A DNA stretch of 32,000 nt from Alkalilimnicola ehrlichii MLHE-1 (GTDB taxonomy: Bacteria > Pseudomonadota > Gammaproteobacteria > Nitrococcales > Halorhodospiraceae). Positions 1 through 7,260 of the stretch are shown here, one piece after another (position 1 is the stretch's first letter; each line of letters begins with the position of its first letter). Below the pieces are notes generated by a model that did not search any database, had not been told where the DNA came from, and saw only the letters and a list, made by a program, of their open reading frames with translations. The position numbers and the translations under genes were made by a program. The stretch covers positions 690,001 through 722,000 of the forward strand of contig NC_008340.1 in the NCBI RefSeq assembly GCF_000014785.1, given 5' to 3'.

Positions 1-1800
1 GGCCGTGGCCTGGAGGCGTTCGAGCTGCCGCCCCATGTGCGCGGCTGGATTACCGATGGCGTAGAGCAGGGCACGCGGTCGGATCGCATATTCCAGTGCG
101 CGAAAGACCTTGTACGTGCTGGTGCCACCGAAGGGGAGGCCGTGGCCATCCTGGCGAACCCTGAGCACGGCATCAGCGACAAGCCGCTTCAGGAGCGCGG
201 CGGAGACATTCAAGGCGCTAGGCAGTGGGTGCAGCGTTACGCCGTCGCGCCTGCCCGCCGTGATGTTGAAGCCGAGCCGGACGAGTTCGACGACGAGACG
301 GGAAGCACTGAGACCGCCGGATGGCCGGAGCCGGTGGACCTGTTTGCATCTCGCCCGGTGCCGCCTTTCCCTGCCCAAGTTATGCCGGAAGCCTGGCAGC
401 GCCACGCGGCTGGCCTCAGTGCGCAAACCGGGTTTGACCCTGGTGGCTACCTGTTCGTGATGCTGGCGCACGCGGGCTGCCTGATGGACCACCGAACGCG
501 GGTGGCCGTTAATTCGAGCTGGCGAGAGCCGCCGCTCCATTGGGCTGCCCTTGTGGATTCCAGCGGCGGAGGTAAAACGCCAATCCTGGGCGCAGCAGGG
601 AAACCTGCGATGAGCATTTACAGCGAGATCAACAAGCGGAGTGCCCGCGAGTTGATGGAATGGCACAAAGCGGCGGACAGCGCCAAGAAGGGCGAGGAAC
701 CGCCCCGCCCGATCTGGAAGCAGCGCAATACCGACGATGGGACCATTGAAGGGATGCGCGATGCCCTGGAGGGCAACCCGGAAGGCGTAACCCTCGCCAT
801 TGATGAGCTGACCGCGTGGCTCGGCTCTATGGATGCCTTCACGAGCGCGAGAGGCGCAGCCAGCAAAGACAGACCGGCTTGGTTGGAAGCGTGGAGCGGC
901 AAGGAGGATCGCGTTATTAACCGAGCCGGGAAGGTGAAGGTTATTCCCCATTGGGCTGCTGGGGTTATCGGCGCTATTCAACCCGAAGTGTTGGCCCAGC
1001 AGTTCAAACGCGGGCATGGCAGCAGTGACGGCATGATGCAGCGTTTCATGCTCTACCAACTGCGCCCCGCCGCCGATGGCGACCTGCTGACCGAGCCGGA
1101 TATGCTGGCGGATGCCAGTGCTCACAACGTGTTCCAAGCCGTTGCCGATCTTGCCGAGGAAGGGCCGCAGCACTACCAGCTAGACCGCGAGGCGGTGGCG
1201 CTGCTACAGGACTACATGCAAGCCATTCGGGTGCTTGCGGCCCGCACGCCGGGAGCACGCTTTGCGGAGCACTTGGGCAAGTTTCCCGCCTTCGCGATCC
1301 GCGTTGCCTTGACGCTCCACGTTGTCCACGCCGTGGCCGCCAAAGAGCGCCCCTACACCGTTATAAGCGCGGAGACGATGGAACGGGCGCTAACCATTAT
1401 GCGCGTGCTCTATCGCCATTCTGAGGCCGTTTATACGGTACTGGATGAGGCCAGCGAGGGAGCCCGCCGCTTGACGGTATCTGCTGCCGAGGCGGTGCTG
1501 GCCAAGGGTTGGATGGTGCTAACCCGTGGCGACTTGACCAGGGATGCCACCGGATGGCGAGGGGCTAACAGTGGCGATGCCGAAGCCGCTACCGATCTGC
1601 TGATTGAGTTCGGATGGTTCGCGGATATTACCGACCAAGCGCAGAGAGGCAAGCGGGGGCGGCGCAGTGATGGCCGGTTCGCTGTTAATCCGCGAGTGCA
1701 TGAGGTGTTTATGCAGCACAGCCAGCGGATCAAAAAGGAGCGGGCCGAGCGGTTCCAAGCGATCCACACGGCGGCCACCGAGAGGCAGGGAATTAGTTGA
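1..1800 (+). CDS. DUF3987/primase-helicase-like protein of phage or satellite type (5' end outside window)
   Basis: The frame stays open upstream of the listed GTG at 37 (GRGLEAFELPPHVRGWITDG...), so the gene is truncated by the window edge. P-loop-like DSSGGGKT and acidic VTLAIDEL resemble phage DUF3987 primase/helicase proteins. Stop at 1798-1800. Confidence 0.75.
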   Translation, partial: GRGLEAFELPPHVRGWITDGVEQGTRSDRIFQCAKDLVRAGATEGEAVAILANPEHGISDKPLQERGGDIQGARQWVQRYAVAPARRDVEAEPDEFDDETGSTETAGWPEPVDLFASRPVPPFPAQVMPEAWQRHAAGLSAQTGFDPGGYLFVMLAHAGCLMDHRTRVAVNSSWREPPLHWAALVDSSGGGKTPILGAAGKPAMSIYSEINKRSARELMEWHKAADSAKKGEEPPRPIWKQRNTDDGTIEGMRDALEGNPEGVTLAIDELTAWLGSMDAFTSARGAASKDRPAWLEAWSGKEDRVINRAGKVKVIPHWAAGVIGAIQPEVLAQQFKRGHGSSDGMMQRFMLYQLRPAADGDLLTEPDMLADASAHNVFQAVADLAEEGPQHYQLDREAVALLQDYMQAIRVLAARTPGARFAEHLGKFPAFAIRVALTLHVVHAVAAKERPYTVISAETMERALTIMRVLYRHSEAVYTVLDEASEGARRLTVSAAEAVLAKGWMVLTRGDLTRDATGWRGANSGDAEAATDLLIEFGWFADITDQAQRGKRGRRSDGRFAVNPRVHEVFMQHSQRIKKERAERFQAIHTAATERQGIS

Positions 1801-1887
1801 AAAACTTGTATGCGCGTGCGCGAGTACAGAGTTTATACAAGCCCCTTTTTTACTTTTCTTACTCGTGTGCGCGCATACAACTAATTC
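1791..1887. repeat. Imperfect dyad: GAATTAGT..TGTATGCGCGTGCGCGAGTA (1791-1826) versus TACTCGTGTGCGCGCATACAACTAATTC (1860-1887), plus an internal TTGTAT/ATACAA pair
   Basis: Read directly. GAATTAGTTG (1791-1800) is the exact reverse complement of 1878-1887. TTGTATGCGCG....CGAGTA (1806-1826) matches the reverse complement of 1860-1880 at 18/21. CTTGTAT (1805-1811) pairs with ATACAAG (1835-1841). Confidence 0.75.
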
Positions 1888-1960
1888 AACTTATTGGGCA
1901 CCGGCTCCAGCGCCGCCCGGTGGCCTTCAATCACCAGGCGCAATCAGCGAGGTAACGACG

Positions 1961-2083
1961 ATGATTGATGCGGAAGTAGCGGAAGAGATTCACGACGCGC
2001 TCGACCAAGCGGACAGCGCCCTGCGCATTGAGGGCGCGGGGGAGGCGTACAAAACCCGGCAATGGCGGGTGGTGCAAGTCTGA
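1961..2083 (+). CDS. Small 40-aa hypothetical protein (MIDAEVAEEIHDALDQADSALRIEGAGEAYKTRQWRVVQV)
   Basis: ATG preceded by CGAGGTAACG, the same leader motif as before the capsid gene; short acidic ORF. Confidence 0.4.
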   Translation: MIDAEVAEEIHDALDQADSALRIEGAGEAYKTRQWRVVQV

Positions 2084-2203
2084 GCTAGTGGGGGTTTCGG
2101 GGGTTTCTGGGGTTTCTCACAACGATGGGTTCAAAACTGTCAGTGACAGTTCAGACCTATAGAGCGGAACAAACCCTAGAAACCCCACAAACCCCCACTA
2201 GCT
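2083..2203. repeat. 33-bp near-perfect inverted repeat (2083-2115 / 2171-2203) enclosing the palindrome AACTGTCAGTGACAGTT (2135-2151)
   Basis: Left AGCTAGTGGGGGTTTCGGGGGTTTCTGGGGTTT; reverse complement of right AGCTAGTGGGGGTTTGTGGGGTTTCTAGGGTTT; 30/33 identical. Inner arms 8+8 around one base. Confidence 0.9.
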
Positions 2204-2369
2204 ACCGGACCCGAATATAACCCCGCGAAAATCAGGGGCAATTACCCCGGCCTACCCTCGTCATCATGCGGTTCGACTGACAATCCCTCCACAAAGCCCA
2301 TTGCCATGCGGTTCCTGTAGCGGTATCATTGTCCATATCACACCAAAACACACACCAAATGGGCAGGGC

Positions 2370-2735
2370 ATGGGCACGAAACAGACCGACATTCCGAAGC
2401 AATACCGACCGGGCTGGCTGGAATCGCTGGACGGTCGTTATGGCCTTGCCCGTGAGCTGCGTGCCCGCTTCGATGAAGTCTGTAATGACCTTGGTGGTGC
2501 GGATCGTCTGAGCTACATGCAGCGATCCTTGGTGGAGCGTGGTCTGTGGCTGGAGTACTGGCTGGCCCAACAGGAGCAAGCGCTGTCCAAGGGCGGTGAC
2601 TTCGACGTGGGCAAGTGGGTGCAGGCCGCCAACAGTCTCCAGGGTATCTACTCCCGCCTTGGTCTGGAGCGCCGTCAACGTGACGTTCCAGACCTGGCGC
2701 AATACCTGGCGGCCAAGGCCGGGGAGGCGGGCTAA
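2370..2735 (+). CDS. Small phage-type protein upstream of terminase (possible small terminase subunit or packaging accessory)
   Basis: MGTKQTDIPKQYRPGWLESLDGRYGLARELRARFDEVCNDLGG...; located at the position of a TerS gene; no motif allows a firm call. Confidence 0.5.
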   Translation: MGTKQTDIPKQYRPGWLESLDGRYGLARELRARFDEVCNDLGGADRLSYMQRSLVERGLWLEYWLAQQEQALSKGGDFDVGKWVQAANSLQGIYSRLGLERRQRDVPDLAQYLAAKAGEAG

Positions 2736-2971
2736 TGGTCATGTGCGCCGCCTGTAAGCACTTCCCTGGCAACGGCCAACTGTGTCCGAAGGCCAAGCGC
2801 CACGCCACGCACCACCCGCGCAAGTGTGACAAGTTCACCGGCCACCGTCTGAGCTTCGCGGTGCTGCAAGCCCGCTCCCTCGCCACGTTCGCCCGCCGCC
2901 GCCTGACCCCGGCCAGTTACCAGCGGGTATTGCGGGATGCGCACCGTCTGGCGGAAGAGGTGAGGCGATGA
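2735..2971 (+). CDS. Small Cys/His-containing hypothetical protein (MVMCAACKHFPGNGQLCPKAKRH...)
   Basis: Tightly packed between neighbouring ORFs; CxxC...C/H pattern; overlaps the next start (ATGA). Confidence 0.5.
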   Translation: MVMCAACKHFPGNGQLCPKAKRHATHHPRKCDKFTGHRLSFAVLQARSLATFARRRLTPASYQRVLRDAHRLAEEVRR

Positions 2972-3342
2972 GCGCCGCCGCACTCAAGATAGAGCGCGAC
3001 GAAAACGACGTGCGCAAGGACTTCACCCCGTCCGAGAAGGTCGCCATTGCCCAGCGGATTGAGGAGGCTATGGCGGGCCGGGTTGGCAATCCCCAATTCT
3101 GCAACACGTTGCAGAATTGGCAGAAGGCCCCCAAGGGCAACTCCCGAGACATCGCCCAGCGGATTGAGGAGGCGTTGGCGGGGCGTCAGGGTCAGCGGAC
3201 AGACTTAGGCAACACGTTGCACAAGTCATCTCCGCAAGGGAAGACCCGCGACATCGCAGCCGACGCCGTGGGATGGTCTGGCGAGACCTACCGAAAAGCC
3301 AAGGCGGTGGTGGAGTCGGGAGACGGGGAGGCGATGCGATGA
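2968..3342 (+). CDS. ParB/transcriptional-regulator C-terminus-like protein with internal ~35-aa tandem duplication
   Basis: FTPSEKVAIAQRIEEAMAGR...SRDIAQRIEEALAGRQGQRTDLGNTLH...KTRDIAADAVGWSGETYRKAKAVVE resembles the C-terminal part of ParB-like phage/plasmid proteins; overlaps the terL start. Confidence 0.6.
   Translation: MSAAALKIERDENDVRKDFTPSEKVAIAQRIEEAMAGRVGNPQFCNTLQNWQKAPKGNSRDIAQRIEEALAGRQGQRTDLGNTLHKSSPQGKTRDIAADAVGWSGETYRKAKAVVESGDGEAMR
3093..3120. repeat. Perfect 13-bp inverted repeat CCAATTCTGCAAC-AC-GTTGCAGAATTGG
   Basis: Read directly inside the 2968-3342 CDS. The core GCAACACGTTGC recurs at 3209-3220. Confidence 0.9.
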
Positions 3343-4868
3343 CCAACATTGTCGAAGCCTTCACCGACCCGCAGTTGCTAGGCCAGTCGTTTGGCGAGGA
3401 TACCCGCGAGGCTTGGCGTGCTGTCCTGTCAGGCGCGTTCGCCCTGCCGATGGATGATGACCGCCTTGCCCTGTTTAAGCGGCTGTCAGGCGACCGTGAG
3501 CCGCCTCAGCGGCAGGCGCGGGAGCTATGGGCCATTGCGGGCAGGCGCAGCGATAAGACCCATACCGCAGCCGGCATTGCGGTCTACCTGGCGACCATCG
3601 GGGCGGAGCTGGACGGCACCCTGGCCCGCCTGACCGCTGGCGAGCGTGGTGTGGTTCAGTTGCTTGCGGTGGATCGCCAACAGGCCAAGGTTGCGCTTGG
3701 GTACGTTCGCGGCCTGTTCGCTGATAGCCCGGTCATGTCCAGCCTGGTGGAGAAGGAGAACACCGAGGGCGTTTTGCTCCGCAACGGCGTATCTATTGAG
3801 GTGGCCACCAACAGTCACCGGGCCGTGCGTGGGCGCACTCTGCTGGCGGCCATTCTGGACGAATGCGCCTTCTTCAAGGATGAGGCGACCGCAACCCCCG
3901 ATGTAGAGGTTTACCGCGCCCTGGTGCCTTCTCTGGCGACCACCGGGGGCATGCTTGTCGGCATTTCCAGCCCCTACGCCCGCCGGGGGCTGCTCTACAG
4001 CAAGTGGCGCAAGCACTACGGCAAGCCCGGTGATGTGCTGGTGGTGCAGGGCGGAACACTGGACTTCAACCCCACCCTTGATCCCCGCGTTATCGCGGAG
4101 GCGGAGCAGGATGACCCCGAGGCGGCCAAAGCCGAATGGCATGGGCAATTCCGTGCGGATGTTGAGGGTTTTGTAACACGCGAAGCCGTAGACGCCTGTA
4201 CCGTGCCGGCCCGGATCGAGCTACCGCCGGTGGCTGGCGAGCGGTACACGGCGTTTGTGGACCCGTCTGGCGGCTCCAAGGATGCGTTCACGCTGGCGAT
4301 CGCCCACCAGTCTGATGGTGTGGCCGTGGTCGACGCTATCCGCGCTCAGAAGCCCCCGTTCAGCCCGGAGGCGGTGGTTAAAGAGTTCGCCGGTCTGCTG
4401 AAGGAATACCGGATCAGCAAGGTGGTGGGCGACCGTTACGGCGGTGAGTTTCCGCGCGAGCTGTTCCGAAAACAGGGCATTGCCTACAAGCTATCTGATC
4501 GGCCTAAGTCTGACCTGTATCGTGACATGCTCCCGTTGCTCAATTCTGGGCGCGTGGAGTTGCTGGACAATGGCCGATTGCAAAACGAATTGACGAGCCT
4601 GGAGCGGCGCACCAGCCGCGCCGGGAAAGACTCAATAGACCACCCGCCAAATGGCACCGACGATGTGGTTAACGCGGTGGCCGGGTGTATAATTGAGGCA
4701 GCAAAACCCAAAGCCGTTCCCCGCGTGCGGCGGATGGGTGATTCGATCAGTTCCGGTTCCAATTCTGGTTCCAGCGTTCTGGATCGAATCGCGCAAGGTC
4801 AGAAAGCCAGCGGGAGGTTGGCGAGTACGCGCCGAAGTTTTCTGCGAGATGCAGACGGTTTCGGTTGA
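3339..4868 (+). CDS. terL: Phage terminase large subunit (ATPase + nuclease)
   Basis: P-loop region AGRRSDKTHTAAG, Walker B LLAAILDECAF, nuclease-like AFVDPSGGSKDAF ... VVGDRYGGEFPRELF ... DHPPNGTDDVVNAVAG. Confidence 0.9.
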   Translation: MTNIVEAFTDPQLLGQSFGEDTREAWRAVLSGAFALPMDDDRLALFKRLSGDREPPQRQARELWAIAGRRSDKTHTAAGIAVYLATIGAELDGTLARLTAGERGVVQLLAVDRQQAKVALGYVRGLFADSPVMSSLVEKENTEGVLLRNGVSIEVATNSHRAVRGRTLLAAILDECAFFKDEATATPDVEVYRALVPSLATTGGMLVGISSPYARRGLLYSKWRKHYGKPGDVLVVQGGTLDFNPTLDPRVIAEAEQDDPEAAKAEWHGQFRADVEGFVTREAVDACTVPARIELPPVAGERYTAFVDPSGGSKDAFTLAIAHQSDGVAVVDAIRAQKPPFSPEAVVKEFAGLLKEYRISKVVGDRYGGEFPRELFRKQGIAYKLSDRPKSDLYRDMLPLLNSGRVELLDNGRLQNELTSLERRTSRAGKDSIDHPPNGTDDVVNAVAGCIIEAAKPKAVPRVRRMGDSISSGSNSGSSVLDRIAQGQKASGRLASTRRSFLRDADGFG

Positions 4869-4909
4869 TTGATGAAAGCGGGTTTTCACTTCAACCGAGG
4901 TAACGAGTT

Positions 4910-6049
4910 ATGACGCATCAAGTGAAGGAAATGGTCGAGGGCGTGGCCCGAGACTTCGAGGGGTTTAAGTCCCGCCAGGATCAAGCCCTGTCCGACCTGG
5001 GCGAGCGCGTGAAGCGTGCCGAGACCCTGGCCGCCCGCAAGGTGGGCATGACCGTGGACAGCGGCGCAGGCATGGGGCCGGAGACCAAGGCGGTCCGTGA
5101 GTGGCTGCGTGGTGGCGACTTCGACCGCAAGGCCCTGAGCATCGAGGATGACGGCCAAGGCGTGACCGTGCGCAGCGATTGGGCGGATCAGATTTTCAAG
5201 CGCATTCGGGAATCCAGCCCGGTCCGGCAGGTGGCTAATAACCTGTCCACCAATTCCAACGAATTGGAGGTTCTGGTTGACCGTGGTGAACCGGACTCAG
5301 CGTGGGTGGCTGAAAAGGGCGACCGCGATCCGACTGCCGCTAGTTTCATGTCTCGGCATAAGATTGCGGTGCATGAACATTATGCGTATCCGAGCGTAAC
5401 CCAGCAATTCCTGGAGGATAGCCGGCTCGACCTGGAGCAGTGGTTGCAGGACAAGATCGGAACCCGTTTCGGTCGGCAGGAAGCCGAATCCTTTATCAAG
5501 GGTGACGGCAACGGCAAGCCTCGCGGCATTCTGGATTACGACACCGTGCCGGATGGTGATTTCGAGTGGGGCGCTGATCCTGCCGATTACACCATCGGGG
5601 CGATCTATACCGGTGAATCGGGTGACTTCCCGAGCAACAATCCCGATAACGTGCTCTACGATGTTGTGGACGCGCTCAAGTCGGATTACCTGGGCAATGC
5701 ACGGTTCATGATGAGCCGCGCCACGATGAACAAAATTCGGAAGCTGCGGGATGGTGACGACCGTGCCCTGCTCCAGATGAGCCTGGCGGAAGGTCGGCCC
5801 AACACGCTTCTTGGGTTCCCGGTGGTGATTGCCGAGGATATGCCGGACCCGGCTGCCGATTCCGAGTCGATCCTGTTCGGTGACTTCGGCCAGGCTTACA
5901 CCATCGTTGACCGGATCGGAGTAAGCGTGCTGCGTGATCCCTACTCCCTGCCCGGATGGGTCCGCTGGTATGTGCGCAAGCGGATCGGTGGGGCGCTGAC
6001 CAACCCCGAGGCCGTGAAGGCCGTGGTGTTCGGCGCTGAGCCGAGCTGA
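4910..6049 (+). CDS. HK97-fold phage major capsid protein
   Basis: Charged N-terminal delta-like region, then GGDFDRKAL...TVRSDWADQIFKRIRESSPVRQVANNL...FMSRATMNKIRKLRDGDDRALLQM...LLGFPVVIAEDMPDPAADSESILFGDFGQAYTIVDRIGVSVLRDPY, typical of HK97-type MCPs. Confidence 0.93.
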   Translation: MTHQVKEMVEGVARDFEGFKSRQDQALSDLGERVKRAETLAARKVGMTVDSGAGMGPETKAVREWLRGGDFDRKALSIEDDGQGVTVRSDWADQIFKRIRESSPVRQVANNLSTNSNELEVLVDRGEPDSAWVAEKGDRDPTAASFMSRHKIAVHEHYAYPSVTQQFLEDSRLDLEQWLQDKIGTRFGRQEAESFIKGDGNGKPRGILDYDTVPDGDFEWGADPADYTIGAIYTGESGDFPSNNPDNVLYDVVDALKSDYLGNARFMMSRATMNKIRKLRDGDDRALLQMSLAEGRPNTLLGFPVVIAEDMPDPAADSESILFGDFGQAYTIVDRIGVSVLRDPYSLPGWVRWYVRKRIGGALTNPEAVKAVVFGAEPS

Positions 6050-6203
6050 TGAACACCGCCCGCTCCCGAGGCGGCAATATCGGGAGAGTTCCCCCCAGCC
6101 ACCGGGGCGGCGCAGGCCGAGAGGGTGGACGCGGCAACGTCCTGGCCGTGTCTCAGAACAAGGGCGGGCGGTATGGTTCCACCGCTGCGAAGAAACGGAC
6201 CCG

Positions 6204-6240
6204 CGCCCCCCGAGCGAGATGCTGCGGGGGGCATCTTTTT
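6204..6240 (+). terminator. Probable rho-independent terminator downstream of capsid gene
   Basis: GCCCCCC...GGGGGGC and the alternative AGATGC (6218-6223)/GCATCT (6231-6236), ending in TTTTT. Confidence 0.65.
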
Positions 6241-6256
6241 GTATGGAGGTGCAACC

Positions 6257-6538
6257 ATGCTGACAGCCGAGGAACGTCTATGGGTGGCCGCACTGGCCCG
6301 GTATGTACAGGACGCACGCGCTCCCAGTGCCTACGGTGACGAGGGCGAGGCGCTGGCGGACCTGGAGGGCGATGCCGTGATACTGCGCCGCCTGGCGGAG
6401 CTGGCGGGCTATGACCCCGAGGCCACGGTGGTGGCGGTGAGGCGGGAGGTGTTGGGTGGTCCGCCTGAACATCCACCGGCGAAACCTGTCCGCCAGCCAG
6501 AAGGCCGCCATCGCCACCGAAGCGCTTGCCATGTATGA
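6257..6538 (+). CDS. Small hypothetical protein (MLTAEERLWVAALARYVQDARAPS...)
   Basis: ATG preceded by GGAGGT RBS; 93 aa; C-terminal part overlaps the next frame and may be out of frame. Confidence 0.5.
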   Translation: MLTAEERLWVAALARYVQDARAPSAYGDEGEALADLEGDAVILRRLAELAGYDPEATVVAVRREVLGGPPEHPPAKPVRQPEGRHRHRSACHV

Positions 6539-6830
6539 GGCGGAGGCGAAGGAGAGGCAGCGGGAGAGCGGAAGGTTTGCGGGTAAGGATGCTGAAGGGA
6601 ACCCGGTTGTTCAGGTTCCGGAAATCTTGCCGGAACCTGAATCCGCACCAACGGCCAACAGCGAACGTGCGGCGGTAGCTGATGAGCCCACGGAACAGCC
6701 CAAGCCGTCCCGCTACGAGCAAGAATCCCGCGCCAAGGCCGCCGCAGACTTCGGCACCAATCCGCGCTATGTGTCGGATGCGAAGCGGCCTGAGAACAAC
6801 GCGGCCACCATCTCCAGGTTGTCGAGATAG
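6456..6830 (+). pseudogene. Probable remnant of a ParB/regulator-like protein (C-terminal half only)
   Basis: NIHRRNLSASQKAAIATEALAMYE...SRYEQESRAKAAADFGTNPRYVSDAKR resembles ParB-like C-terminal regions (HRRxLTxSQRA...). It lacks an N-terminus and ends abruptly after a likely junction near 6790. Confidence 0.5.
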
Positions 6831-6916
6831 CGCTGATAGTCTGCGCGGGCTTGCTCGGTATCCGGGTTGTATCCGTAGTGCTGGCACCAGCGGACGAAGT
6901 CGGTGGGATTGTTCAT
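6767..6916 (-). CDS. Possible small protein, 49 aa (MNNPTDFVRWCQHYGYNPDTEQARADYQRYLDNLEMVAALFSGRFASDT)
   Basis: Read on the minus strand; GGAGCAAGGCC-ATG has an RBS-like leader; not in the supplied ORF track because of its size. Confidence 0.4.
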   Translation of the reverse strand: MNNPTDFVRWCQHYGYNPDTEQARADYQRYLDNLEMVAALFSGRFASDT

Positions 6917-6959
6917 GGCCTTGCTCCTATTCGTAGTGGATGAACAGGGAAGGCGGAGT

Positions 6960-7026
6960 ATCAGGCGCTTTCAGGTTGGATGGCCGGGTGGTGTGATGCC
7001 CGTTTTTCCGTCTGTAAGCGCCTGAT
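6960..7026. repeat. 11-bp perfect inverted repeat ATCAGGCGCTT (6960-6970) / AAGCGCCTGAT (7016-7026) beside the tRNA 3' end
   Basis: Read directly; followed by TTTTC on the + strand. Confidence 0.8.
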
Positions 7027-7039
7027 TTTCCTAGGTAGG

Positions 7040-7115
7040 TGGTGGAGCCGAGGGGAGTCGAACCCCTGACCTCAGCAGTGCGATTGCTGCGCTCTCCCAA
7101 CTGAGCTACGGCCCC
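7040..7115 (-). tRNA. tRNA-Ala (anticodon CGC), CCA encoded
   Basis: Reverse complement GGGGCCGTAGCTCAGTTGGGAGAGCGCAGCAATCGCACTGCTGAGGTCAGGGGTTCGACTCCCCTCGGCTCCACCA folds as a full cloverleaf; loop A-T-CGC-A-C. Confidence 0.97.
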
Positions 7116-7260
7116 GGTGCAGCGCAAATCCTACCACCGCTGGCGTTAAGATAAAAGGGCGCCCATATGGGTGCGGCCGAATCGCGCCAGTAGCGCGGGG
7201 CGCGGCCCGTGCGCCGGTCGTGTTCGGCGTCCTCGTGAGCCTCGGACTGTGGTGCGGGCA

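Noticed and set aside
6049-6339. 96-aa + ORF directly after the capsid gene (MNTARSRGGNIGRVPP...)
   Set aside because: Gly/Arg-rich, runs through the terminator hairpin and overlaps the better-supported 6257 ORF; probably noncoding.
7159-7174. GCGCCCATATGGGTGC hairpin near the tRNA with CCCTTTTATC on the minus side, as terminator of the vgrG operon
   Set aside because: In minus-strand RNA the stem has an A-C mismatch and a short T tract; too weak to call.
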